Assembly: GCA_014905635.1 (NCBI GenBank)
Contig: JABVCE010000025.1
Location: forward strand, 186,001 to 250,000
Length of the DNA: 64,000 nucleotides
Reading direction: 5' to 3'
Origin: Scenedesmus sp. PABB004
Lineage: Eukaryota
Positions 1 to 11,000 of this stretch are shown here, one piece after another. How positions within the stretch are numbered: position 1 is the stretch's first letter; each line of letters starts with the position of its first letter. The position numbers were made by a program, and so were the translations under genes. The notes beneath the pieces are model-generated. The model saw only the letters and a program-made list of their open reading frames with translations. It was not told where the DNA came from and searched no databases.

Positions 1-57
1 TGCGGCGGCCGCGCACTCGGGGGCCTGCTCGGCCTTGTCCGGCTTCTTCGGCGGCAT
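1..57 (-). CDS. 5' end of an unidentified gene running off the window (MPPKKPDKAEQAP...)
   Basis: GCCATG start at 57, GC3-rich codons, then a GTGCGC donor-like site; divergent from the ABHD14-like gene. Confidence 0.45.
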   Translation of the reverse strand, partial: MPPKKPDKAEQAPECAAAA

Positions 58-278
58 GGCAGCTCGCGCAGCTGGGCGGCGCTTGACTGCTGGTCTCTGG
101 CTCGCCTGGGCGTCCGGGCGCCTGGGCGGTTGTACGGTGGCGAGTACCAGACCCCACGAGTTTATTGAAGGCAGCCTGGGGTGGTTTCATGGTGGCCGCG
201 GTTGTGCGCTGCTGCGCCGCCGCCGGGCGCGAGAGCGCTCTGTGCTCCCGCACAGCGCTCGGCACCCCACAGGCCCGC

Positions 279-1184
279 CATGGCTGCGTCAGGCGTCCAC
301 GTCAGACGGCTACGAGCGCTGCTGCTCGCGTTCGCGGCAGCGGCGGCAGCAGCGGCGCCGCTCGAGCCCGAGCGCGGCTTGATTCCTTACGCCGATGGCT
401 CGCTGGCCTACCTGGCCCGTGGCCCGCAGCACGCAAGTGAGCTCCCGGACGCAGCAGCTGCCGGCGCCGCCGCCGGGGCCGCGGGTGCTGGCCGCGGCGC
501 CAACCGCTGCTGCTGCCGCAGACGTGACCGTGGTGCTGCTCCACGGCGCCCGCTTCACCTCAGCCGTGTGGGAGGAGACTGGCACGCTGCAGGCGCTCGG
601 CGCGCGCGGCTGGCGAGCAGTCGCCGTCGACCTGCCAGGTGCGATGACCGCGGCCGCGCAGCTCGCGCCGCCCGCGCCGCCCAGCGAGCACGCGCGCGCG
701 CCGCGCAGGCTGCGGGCAGAGCAAGCAGCTGGCGTACATCGACGACAACGCCGCCGCCGAGGTGGTCGCGGCGGTGCTCGACCACGCGGCCGGCGGCGGG
801 GCGCGGGCGCACGGGGGCGTGCGCGTGCTCGTGTCGCCCTCGCTGAGCGGCGTGTTGGCACTGCGCTACATCGAGCACTACGGCCACGCCCTGCGGGGCT
901 GGGTGCCGGTGGCGCCCGTGGGCGTGGCCGCCTGGCGCGGCCCCGGCGGCGCCGCCGCGGCGGGGGTGTCAGTGCTCGCGGTCGTCGGGGCGCGCGACGC
1001 CGACGCGCACCGCAGAAGCGGCGCGCTGCTGGTCAGCACGTTCCACCGCGCGCGCCTGGTGGTGCTGCAGGGCGCGGGCCACGCCGCGTACCGAGACGCG
1101 CCGGGGCCGTTCAACGAGGCGCTGCTGGAGTTTGTGGGCAGCCTCGCGGACGAAGAGGCCGCAGCGCTGATGACGCAACGCTGA
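279..1184 (+). CDS. Alpha/beta hydrolase, ABHD14-like, with hydrophobic N-terminus (spliced)
   Basis: Motifs VVLLHGARFTSAVWEETGTL..GWRAVAVDLPG, VSPSLSG (nucleophile elbow), GWVPVAP and GAGHAAY; introns ~485-521 (only 37 nt) and 639-~708. Confidence 0.8.
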
Positions 1185-1388
1185 TGACCGCGCTTGGTTA
1201 CCGCGCTGCTGCTCGCCCGCTCGCGCCGCCCCGGCCGCACAGGGGCGCGGCACGGGAGACGCGCAAGCGACGGCAGGCGGACCGGTCGCACCGCCCCCCC
1301 CCCCTCCCCCGTTGCCCGCCGGTCAGGCCCCCAAGCGATGCTGCGTCGCCGCCCAGCATCCTGCCGCTGCGCCCGCCGCCGCGCCGCG

Positions 1389-2004
1389 TCACTTACTGAC
1401 CGCCGCCTGCAGCATGGTGACCACCTCCGGCTTCTCGGCCAGCTGCAGCGGGCTGCGGCCGTCGCTGTCGGTGACGTTGACGTTTGCGCCCGCCGCCAGC
1501 AGCTCCTCCACCTTGGGCGCGTCGTTTTCGCTGCTCGCCATCAGCAGCAGCACGTCCACCGGGTCCAGGCCTGCGCGGCCGCGCGCGAGCGCGCGCGTGT
1601 GAGTGTGTGCGCTCGAGCGCGCGGCGGCGGCGGCCGGCCGGCGGCCCGCGGGTGCGCGCCGGCCCGCCGGCGGCCGCGGCCTGCCCGCGCCGCCGCGGGC
1701 TCTCACCCGAGCCCAGCATGGCCTCCATGCGGTCGTAGGTGCCCTCCACGGCGAGCATGCCCATGTAGTTGAAGTAGTGCTCGACGTCGTCGGCGCTGTA
1801 GTCCTCGCGCCCCTGGCTGCCGTAGATGCCGGCGTCCTTGGAGTCGGTGCGCATCTTGTTGAAGTTGAAGAACGCCGCACGCACGTCCCGAGCCGGCGCG
1901 CGGCCCGCCCGGGCGAGGGCCGGCCGGGCTGCTGCTGCTGCTCTCGCCGGCCGCGGCGCGCAGCGCGCGGCGGCGCTGCCGGCCCGAGCCAGGACCAGGG
2001 CCAT
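1389..2004 (-). CDS. LTD: LHCP translocation defect protein (plastid ankyrin-type), 2 exons
   Basis: Transit-peptide-like N-terminus, then GIYGSQGREDYSADDVEHYFNYMGMLAVEGTYDRMEAML / PVDVLLLMASSENDAPKVEELLAAGAN, matching plant LTD/GDC1. Confidence 0.92.
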
Positions 2005-2298
2005 GACAATTGGGCGGCCCGCGAGGGCGGAGGCGGCCCGCACGCGCGAAGCGGGAGGGATCTTTGCAGCGACGGCCAGCTGCGGCCGGGGGGCGCGTCA
2101 CGCGTCGCGGTGACCGGCGCGAGCTGCTGAGGGCAAGATCTGGCGGCGCGCGGCGGAGAGCGCGCAGGGCGGGCCGGCATGCGCGCCGCAGGCGGCATAA
2201 CGCCGCCGCGCGCTGCCCCGTCCGCGCCGCCTGGCCGGCCGGACGCCGCGCTCGCCCGCGCGGCCAATGCACGCGGGTTACTCTCGCTCCCGCGCCCC

Positions 2299-2364
2299 GG
2301 CCGCGCCGCCGTTGCGGGCGGCCGGGCGCGCGGCCGCGCCGCCGTTGCGGGCGGCCGGGCGCGC
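2299..2364. repeat. 33-bp direct tandem repeat (2 copies)
   Basis: ggccgcgccgccgttgcgggcggccgggcgcgc occurs twice in succession. Confidence 0.7.
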
Positions 2365-3632
2365 GGCCGCGCCCGCCGCCCGCGCGCCCGCCGCCGTTCG
2401 TGGCGGCGCGCGCGCGGCGGCGGGGTCAAGGAACCGATGATTGATTGCGCTTTGATGTACATCAGACACCGCGCCGCCGCCGTGCCGTGCAAAAGGCGCC
2501 GCCACGCAGTGTCAAGTGTGTCGGTAGCCCCGTCCCGCGTGGCGGGCATGCCGCCGCAACCGGCGCATGCGCCCCCGCGACCCTCGCTGTGAGTGCAGCT
2601 TCCCCAGCTGCTCGCTGCCGCGGCGGGCGCCCCGCGATGTGCGGGGCGCGCCGCCGCGGCCCTCGCCCCCACGCTTGCCGACCCAGCGGCGCCCCCAACC
2701 GGCGGCCGCAGGCGTGCTGTGACGGTGATGCGTGCATTCGGGGATCCCGCGTCGTGGCGCGCGCTGAGCCCACAAAAGCAGGCGCCCGGGCGCCTCGACG
2801 CGCGCGCCCCGCCGACGCCTCCCCCGCGCGACCTGGCCTGGCGTACAACAACAGCGCGCGGGCGCGGGGGCCGGCAACGGACAACCGCCCCCAACCGCTC
2901 GCCAGCGCAGCGCCAGCGCCGCCCAGCGCCAGCCAGCGCCAGCGCCGCCCCAGCCGGCAGCCCCTGCTGCGCACAATGCACACAAACGTCGTAGAGGCGC
3001 GCACACGCACACACGCGGCACAAACACACGCACACGCACATGCCCCGCCGCCCCGCCCGTCGTCACCAAGGCAGAAGCGTACAACAAGGCTCGCTCCTCA
3101 CGTCTGCACACGCGCGCAGCTGGCCCCAAACTGGGCAGCGACGGCAAGCCCCCCGGCCCCGGCCGCCGCCCCGATTCCCGCGCGTGCGCCCGGGCGCACC
3201 CACTCGTGCACTGCAGCCCGCCCAAAGTCGTCCCCGCGCCGCGCGGGCGCAAGTGTGCCCCTGCAATGCGTGGCGCGCGCGCGCGCGCGCCGCCGCCCGC
3301 GTGCATGGCGCAGGCGCCCCGTCGGGTGCGGCGCGCGTAGTAGGCAGTGCTTTGGTGCAGCCTCGCTCCCGCCCCGGCTTGACGTCCCCGCCCCCGCAAC
3401 CGGCCGCGCCCCCCGGGGGGCGCGCGTGGTCGCAACGCCGCCCCCCTCGGGCCGGGCGCGCGCCGGCCGAGCGACAGTGCTCCTGCCCTGCTGCGCGGGC
3501 GCGCGCCGCCGCCGCGCGCGCGAGCGGCGGCGCCGGCGCGCGCCCGTGGGCGCACGCTGCTCCGGCCCCGCGTCCGCCCGCGGCCGCCCGACCCGCCGCG
3601 CGGCGCGCGGGCGCCCGCGGCCCCGCCCGGCC

Positions 3633-5196
3633 TCAGCCGCTCTCGTGCAGCAGCAGCAGCGCGTCGGCCATCTCCGCGAGCTCCTCGTCCACGTCCATCG
3701 GCGGCGAGCCGCCCTCGTCATCCTCATCCATCATGAACGGACCGCCCCCGTAGCCGCCGCCGCCGCCGCCGTGGCCCGCGTAGCCGCCGCCGTGCGCGCC
3801 GCACGCGCTGCCGGGGTCGCCGTCGGCCTCCTCGCTGCCGTCGCGGCGCACGCCGCCGTAGCGCGTCGTCATGCCGAGCGTGCGCCCGGGCGCGGGGCCC
3901 GCCGCGGCGGCCGCCGCGGCGCTGCTGAACGCGGGGCTGCTGCCGTAGAGCGGCGACGCGTCGCTGTAGCCGCCGCCGTAGCCGGGCGCGGAGCCCGCGA
4001 CCTCGCGCAGCCCGGGGAAGGCGCCGCCGACGTCGTCGTCCGGGTAGGTGCCGGCGGGGAAGTTGGTGACCGCCTTGGCGCCGCGGATCTCGAGCGCCGC
4101 CTTGTCGTACGCGCGCGCCGCCTCCTCGGCCGTGTCGTACGTGCCCAGCCACAGCCGGCTGCCGCAGCGCGGGTCGCGGATCTCGGCCGCAAACTTGCCC
4201 CACGGGCGCTGGCGCACGCCGCGGAACTTGCACGCGCCGTTCTTGGCGCCCAGCGCCGACGCGCCGTGGCTGGAGCTGAGCTTGCTGCGCCGCAGCGCGC
4301 CGCCCTTGGACGCGCTGGGGCTGCTGCCGAGCAGGCCCGCGCCGCCGGGGCTGCTGCCGAGCGCCGCGAGGCCCGCCGGGCCCGGCCACGACCCGGTGTG
4401 CAGGCTGCCGCACAGGCTGTCGCCGGGCGAGGTCCCCAGGCTCGCGAGGTGCCGCGCCTGCTGCGAGAGGGCGAGCCCCGTCATCGCGCTGAAGCTGCTC
4501 GCGCTCGGCTCCATCGCCGCGGCCGCCGCGGGGTCGGGCTTGAGCGGCGGCAGCGCCGACGCCGGCACCGGCTGCGCCGCCGCCGCGGCGGGGTCGGCCG
4601 CCGCCTCGCCCGCCACGTCCGGCGCCGCCGGCTTGACGTCCGGCGCCACCGCGCCGTCCGAGAGCGCCGCCGCGGCGCCGCCGCCGAGAGTGGTGGACAC
4701 GGGGCTGTGCGCGGCGGAGCTGCTCGGGCTGCTGCCGGACGCGCCGCCCGCTGGCGTATCGGGGCTCGACCCGCGCTCGGGCGCGGCCGCCGCCGCCGCA
4801 GCCGTGGCGTCGGGCTGCTGCTGCGCCGCGGCGTCGCGCGCCTGCCGCGCCGCCTGCGCCTGCGCCGCCGCAACGTGGCCCGCGCGGCCGCGCTGCATGA
4901 AGCTCAACGTCGGCGCCGATGCCGACAGCTGCGCGGGGCCGCCGCGGGGGAGCGCGGGGATGGAGCACAGGCCTGCGCGCGGCGCAGCGCGGGGCGGGCC
5001 GTGAGACGGGCGCGGCGCGGCGTGCGCGGCCACGGCGCACCGCTGCCCCCGCACGTGCCGCGCGCGCCGCCGCACCGGGGTAGCCGACGAGCGCCGTCTG
5101 TCCGTTGATGCAGAAGGCGGCGGGCAGCTGGCCGACCGCGTACACGGCCTTGCCCCCGCCGGCGCCGTGCTCTAGCTGCTGCTGCGCCGCCGACAT
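3633..5196 (-). CDS. AP2/ERF-domain transcription factor, 2 exons (5196-5076, 4972-3633)
   Basis: [59 protein letters not shown]-terminal EAR-like [12 protein letters not shown] intron 5075-4973. Confidence 0.9.
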
Positions 5197-5441
5197 CGCG
5201 GAGCACGCGATGTCAGCAGCAGCTGCTGGAGCGGGTGTGCCCGCCGACGGCGCGACGACGCGCGCCTGTGCCGGGCCCTGCGCGGAGCGGGCGGGGCCAT
5301 CGGGGTGAGCGGGCGCGCTCACGGCCCCTGGAGCGGCGGCGGGCCAGGGCGCGGGGGCGCATGGCGAGGCAGCTGCCGGCGGGCGGAGGCGCCGGGCGGC
5401 CACGATCGGCCGGCCCCGGGTCCCAGGCGCTGCTGGCATGC

Positions 5442-7966
5442 CCACCGGCCCCGCGCCGGCGCCCTGCGGCCCGCCAGCGCGGCGGGAGCAGATGCGCCCC
5501 CGTCGCGCGTGCGGCACGCCCGCCGCCCAATGCGGCCCCTGCCTCGGCTCTGGGGGTGCCCCGGTGGCTGCCAGCGCGCCCGGGCGCCCCCACCGACGCG
5601 CCAGCCGCCCCCAGGCGCGGGGGGAGGTGCTCGATGGCCACGCCATGCCCACCCCCAGCGACGCCGCGCGGCGCGGGAGGCGCACCTGGCGTGCCGGTGC
5701 CGCGCTGCGGTCCCTGTTCTATGCTCCCAGCATGGGCTGCGCCCACGATCGGCCGCCCGCACACCACTGCTGCGCGCGTTCCAAGGCGGGCGCGGGGAGG
5801 GCTGGCGGGGCGTGAATTGGACTTGGCCGGCGCGCCGAGGATTGCGGGCGGGCGCGGGGGGCACGCGCGATCGGACGCCCGCGCCTGGGGTTCGACGCCA
5901 CAGGGGCGCCGCGCTGAGCCCTCGCCGCGGTCCGGGCGCTCCGCCCCGAGCAGCGATTGCGCGCCCCCGCCGCGCGCCGCGCGCCGCGCGCCGCCGCCGC
6001 GCCGACGGCCGCAGCGCGAGCCGGCTGTACAGCACGCGCCGCGCCGCACGCGCAGCGCGCCGCCGTGCCGCCCCGCCCTGCACCTCGCCACCCTCGCCAC
6101 CCAAGCACCGGCCGCGGCGGCGCGGCGAAACGCCCCGCGCGCGCCGCCCAGCGCAGCGCGCGCGCTCGGGCTCCGCCCGGGCGGCCTGTACGGCGCTGGA
6201 GGACGGCGCCGTGGCCTGCGCCGGCTGGGACCGCTCGCGCCCGTCCCGGTGCCGCCGCCGGGTGTCACTGCGCTTCAGGCGCGACGCCGCCCGGTGCCCC
6301 TGCCGGCGTGGCTGCAGCGCTGCACGCGCGGCGTGCCCCTGCGCAAGGTTCACCTCTCCGCCGCGACCTGCGCAGCAGCCTGCGCAGCCGCGCCGCACTC
6401 CAGGGCTTGCCGCCCTGCTGCTGGGCACCGCCGGCCCGCTCGACCGGGGCCCAGGTGCGCGCGCGCTGCGGCGCGACCGGCTCGCCTGGCGTGTGGGGTG
6501 GCCCACGCGGCGCGCGGGGGGCCAAGAACGCGCATTGCGCGGCCAACGTGCTCTTGATGTGGGGCCCCCGTGCTGGCCTGCCGCCACACCCCGCAGGACT
6601 GACCACCGGCCCCGCGCCGGCGCCCTGCGGCCCGCCAGCGCGGCGGGAGCAGATGCGCCCCCGTCGCGCGTGCGGCACGCCCGCCGCCCAATGCGGCCCC
6701 TGCCTCGGCTCTGGGGGTGCCCCGGTGGCTGCCAGCGCGCCCGGGCGCCCCCGCCGACGCGCCAGCCGCCCCCAGGCGCGGGGGGAGGTGCTCGATGGCC
6801 ACGCCATGCCCACCCGCAGCGACGCCGCGCGGCGCGGGAGGCGCACCTGGCGTGCCGGTCGGTGTGCAGCACTGGAGCAGGCTCGGCGTTATCTGCTTGG
6901 TGACCTGCTGCAGGATCAGCTTGCTGTTCGCTCCGTGGCAGATTATGTTATGGACATCTGGAAGATGCGGGACACCGTCCATAAGGGGCGCGGGACCAAT
7001 GGGCGCGAGCCTGTGGTGTGACTATCTTTGTCTTTGTCTTTTGTGCCGGTGCCGCGCTGCGGTCCCTGCTCTATGCTCCCAGCATGGGCTGCGCCCACGA
7101 TCGGCCGCCGCACACCACTGCTGCGCGCGTTCCAAGGCGGGCGCGGGGGCTGCGGCGCGGCGCGGCTGGCGGGGCGTGAATTGGACTTGGCCGGCGCGCC
7201 GAGGATTGCGGGCGGGCGCGGGGGGCACGCGCGATCGGACGCCCGCGCCTGGGGTTCGACGCCACAGGGGCGCCGCGCTGAGCCCTCGCCGCGGTCCGGG
7301 CGCTCCGCCCCGAGCAGCGATTGCGCGCCCCCGCCGCGCGCCGCGCGCCGCGCGCCGCGCGCCGCCGCCGCGCCGACGGCCGCAGCGCGAGCCGGCTGTA
7401 CGGCACGCGCCGCGCCGCACGCGCAGCGCGCCGCCGTGCCGCCCCGCCCTGCACCTCGCCACCCTCGCCACCCAAGCACCGGCCGCGGCGGCGCGGCGAA
7501 ACGCCCCGCGCGCGCCGCCCAGCGCAGCGCGCGCGCTCGGGCTCCGCTCGGGCGGCCTGTGCGGCGCTGGAGGACGGCGCCGTGGCCTGCGCCGGCTGGG
7601 ACCGCTCGCCCGTCCCGGTGCCGCCGCCCGGTGTCACTGCGCTTCAGGCGCGACGCCGCCCGGTGCCCCTGCCGGCGTGGCTGCAGCGCTGCACGCGCGG
7701 CGTGCCCCTGCGCAAGGTTCACCTCTCCGCCGCGACCTGCGCAGCAGCCTGCGCAGCCGCGCCGCACTCCAGGGCTTGCCGCCCTGCTGCTGGGCACCGC
7801 CGGCCCGCTCGACCGGGGGCCCAGGTGCGCGCGCGCTGCGGCGCGACCGGCTCGCCTGGCGTGTGGGGTGGCCCACGCGGCGCGCGGGGGGCCAAGAACG
7901 CGCACTGCGCGGCCAACGTGCTCTTGATGTGGGGCCCCCGTGCTGGCCTGCCGCCACACCCCGCAG
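5442..7966. repeat. Tandem duplication of ~1.16 kb (copy 1 5442-6596; copy 2 6603-7966 including the insert)
   Basis: Both copies begin ccaccggccccgcgccggcg and end ccacaccccgcag; near-identical with a few SNPs/indels; 6-bp spacer gactga. Confidence 0.95.
6860..7042 (+). mobile_element. 5'-truncated non-LTR retrotransposon (LINE-like, possibly RTE/RTEX) 3' end, 183 bp
   Basis: Absent from copy 1; flanked by 8-bp TSD GTGCCGGT (6852-6859 and 7043-7050); (TCTTTG)n tail; lower GC; encodes an ORF C-terminus ..CAALEQARRYLLGDLL..DYVMDIWKMRDTVHKGRGTNGREPVV*. Confidence 0.8.
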
Positions 7967-8005
7967 AACCTGCTCCGCTCTCAGGTCATTGAAGAGGCCG
8001 CAGCG

Positions 8006-11000
8006 ATGACAGGCCCCGGTGAGCCCCGCGGCGCGCGCGCGGCCCTGCGCGCGCGGGCAGCAGCAGCAGCGCGACCAGCGCGGCCGCCAGCAGCGCGCCG
8101 GCCGGCCCTCGCGCCCGCGCGGCCCGGTACGCAGCGTACAATCAGGCCCAACAGCTCACCCGCGCAGTGCCAGCCCCTGCCGTGGCGAGCGGGAGCAAAC
8201 CCTGCGCGCGGCCGCCGCCGAGCGCTGCGCCGCCGCCCGACACCGCCGCGCAGGCGCCGCCGCGGACGGCTACCAGAAGCCGCCGCCCAAGCTCATGGTG
8301 TGCAACCGCGGCGAGATCGCGCGGCGCGTGATCCGCACGGCCAACCACCACGGCCTGGAGACGATCGCGATCTACACCCACGTCGACGCGCTCGCGCCGC
8401 ACGTGCGCGAGGCGCGCACCGCCGTCTACCTCGGCACCAACCCCCGCGACTACACCAACAAGGAGAAGCTGCTCCAGGCGCGCGGGGCACGCCGCGCGGG
8501 CCGCGCGGGGCCGCGCGGGGCCGCGCAACGCGGCGCGGTCAACCGGTCAACACGGACGGCCGGCACGGCCGCCGGCGCCCCGCGCCGCGCCGCCGCTCAC
8601 GCGCCGGCGCCGCCGCCGCCGCCGCCGCGCGTGCGCAGCTCGCGCTGGACTACGGCGTGACCGCGATCCACCCGGGGTACGGCTTCCTGAGCGAGAACGA
8701 GGAGTTTTGCGCGGCGGTCGAGGCGGCGGGCATCGTGTGGCTCGGCCCCACCGCCAAGACGCTGCACGACTTTGCGCTCAAGCACGTGGCGCGCGAGTTC
8801 ACGGAGAAGGCCGGCGTGCCCGTGCTCGCGGGCAGCGGGCTCGTGAGCAGCGCGGAGGACGCGGTGGCCGCCGCCGACGGCATCGGCTACCCCGTGCTGC
8901 TCAAGGCCACCGGCGGCGGCGGCGGGCGCGGCATCTTCATCTGCGCCAACGCCGGCGAGGTGCTCTCCCAGTTCAGCGTGAGCCAGAAGCAGGGCGAGCA
9001 GTTCTTCGGCAACGCCGGGGTGAGGCCGCGCCGCGCCGCGCCGGGTCGGGACGGCTGCGACGCGCCGCGGGCGGGCCGCGCCGCGGCGCGCGCGCCTGTA
9101 CCGCGCCGACGCCGCGCGCCGCCGCGCCCTCGCCCGCCCTCGCTCGGCTGCTCTCAGGTGTTTGTTGAGAAGTTCATCGAGAAGGCGCACCACATCGAGG
9201 TCCAGATCTTTGGCGACGGCAAGGGCAGCGTCGTGCACCTCGGCGAGCGCGAGTGCTCCATCCAGCGGCGCCACCAGAAGGTGCTGGAGGAGACGCCGAG
9301 CCCGCTGCTCGACGACGCGACGCGGGCGGAGCTCGCGGCCGCGGCGGTGCGCCTCGGCGCGGCGGCGCACTACCGCAGCGCCGGCACGGTCGAGTTCCTG
9401 GTCGACGAGGCGACCAAGAAGTTTTACTTCCTCGAGGTCAACACGCGCCTGCAGGTGAGCTGCTGCAGCAGCCCACGGCCGCGCGGCGCGCGGGGCGGGG
9501 CGAGGAAGCCGGGGGCGGGTCGGCGGGGGCGCGGCGGCGCGGCGCGGCGCGACGCTGCGCTGCGCGTCGTGCGAGCGCGGCGCCGCGCGTCGCGCGGCCG
9601 CAGGTGGAGCACGGCATCACGGAGATGGTCAACGGCGGCGTGGACATCGTGGAGTGGATGCTGCGCCTGCAGGCGCGCGCGTGCGCGGGGCCGCGCGGCC
9701 GCGCCGCCGCGGGCCGGGCCGGCGCGGGCGCGGCCTCCTGCCGTCGCCGGCGGGCGGCGCCGCGCGCCGCCGTCCGCGGCCCGAGCCGCCGCCGCCGCCG
9801 CCGGGCCCGCGCCCCGCAGCTGCCCGAGTTCCTGTCGCCGCTGGACCTCGCGGCGTGCAAGACCGAGCGCAGCGGCTGGTCGATCGAGGTGCGCGCCGCC
9901 CGGCGCGGCGCGGCGCGCAGTCACTCCGGGGCGCGGCGCTGCGCTGCACCGCGCGGGCGGCTGCCGAGTGCCGCCGCGCGCCGCCCACACACACCGCCAG
10001 GTGCGCATCAACGGCGAGAACCCTGCCAAGGACTTCCAGCCCTGCCCCGGCGTGCTGGGCGAGGTCAGGTTCCCGACCGACATGGACGGCGTGCGCGTGG
10101 ACACCTGGGTCGAGGCCGGCACGGGTGCGCGCCCGCGGCGCCGCCCGCGCCGGCCCCCGCCCGGGCAGCGCAGGGCCCGGCACGCCCGCGCCCGTGCGCG
10201 CCGCGCCGCGCCCCGACGCGCCCTGACCCGCCGCCGCGCTGTGCGCGCTGCGTGCCGCGCTGCGTGCTGTGCGCGCTGTGTGCTGTGCTCCGTGCTGTGT
10301 GCTGTGCTGTGCTGCGCAGAGATCAGCCCCTACTACGACAGCCTGCTCGGCAAGCTCATGGTCCACGCGCCCACGCGCGACGCGGCGGTCGCCAAGATGA
10401 AGCAGGCCCTCGCGGGTGAGCCACGCAGCAGCGCACACGTGGCGCTCGCCTCCTCCGCCCCGCCCCCTCGCCGCGCCACGCGCCGCCGCGCGCCGCGGCC
10501 GACCGCCGCCCACGCCGCCGCTCGCGCCGCCGCCGCGGCCGTGGCCCGCCCCAGGCACTGTGCTCAAGGGCGTGCCCAACAACCTTGAGTTCCTGCGCGC
10601 GCTGCTCGAGGACCCCCGCCTCGCCGCGGGCGACACGACGACCAAGTTCCTGGAGGACTTTCACTTTGCGCCGCGCGTCGCAGAGATTATCCTGCCCGGT
10701 GAGGCGCCGGCGGCGCTAAACCCTAGCGGCGCGGCTGCAGCACTGAGGGCGCCTGCAGCGCTGTGGCCGCCTGCAGCACTGAGGGCGCCTGCAGCGCTGT
10801 GGCCGCCTGCAGCGCTCAGGGCGCCCGCGGCGCGCCACGCCCGGGGCTCCCTCTGGGAGGGACGCGCGCCGCGCGGCGCGGCGCGGCGGGGGGCTTGACG
10901 CAGGTCCCCCGCGCGCCCCCGCCGCCACCGCCGCCGCCGCCGCCGCCGGCAGGCCTGCAGACGAGCGTGCAGGACTGGCCCGGCCGCGTGAAGCTGTGGC

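Noticed and set aside
5881..5910. GGTTCGA hairpin resembling a tRNA T-arm (also at ~7250)
   Set aside because: No D-arm, anticodon arm or acceptor stem could be built
5442..6596. Duplicated unit as an LTR pair or DNA transposon
   Set aside because: No TG..CA ends, terminal inverted repeats, flanking TSD or internal coding region; copies are only 6 bp apart
10736..10825. Regularly spaced repeats as a possible CRISPR array (also 51610-51729 and 58660-58860)
   Set aside because: Head-to-tail units without unique spacers, located in introns or coding sequence, no cas genes, eukaryotic context
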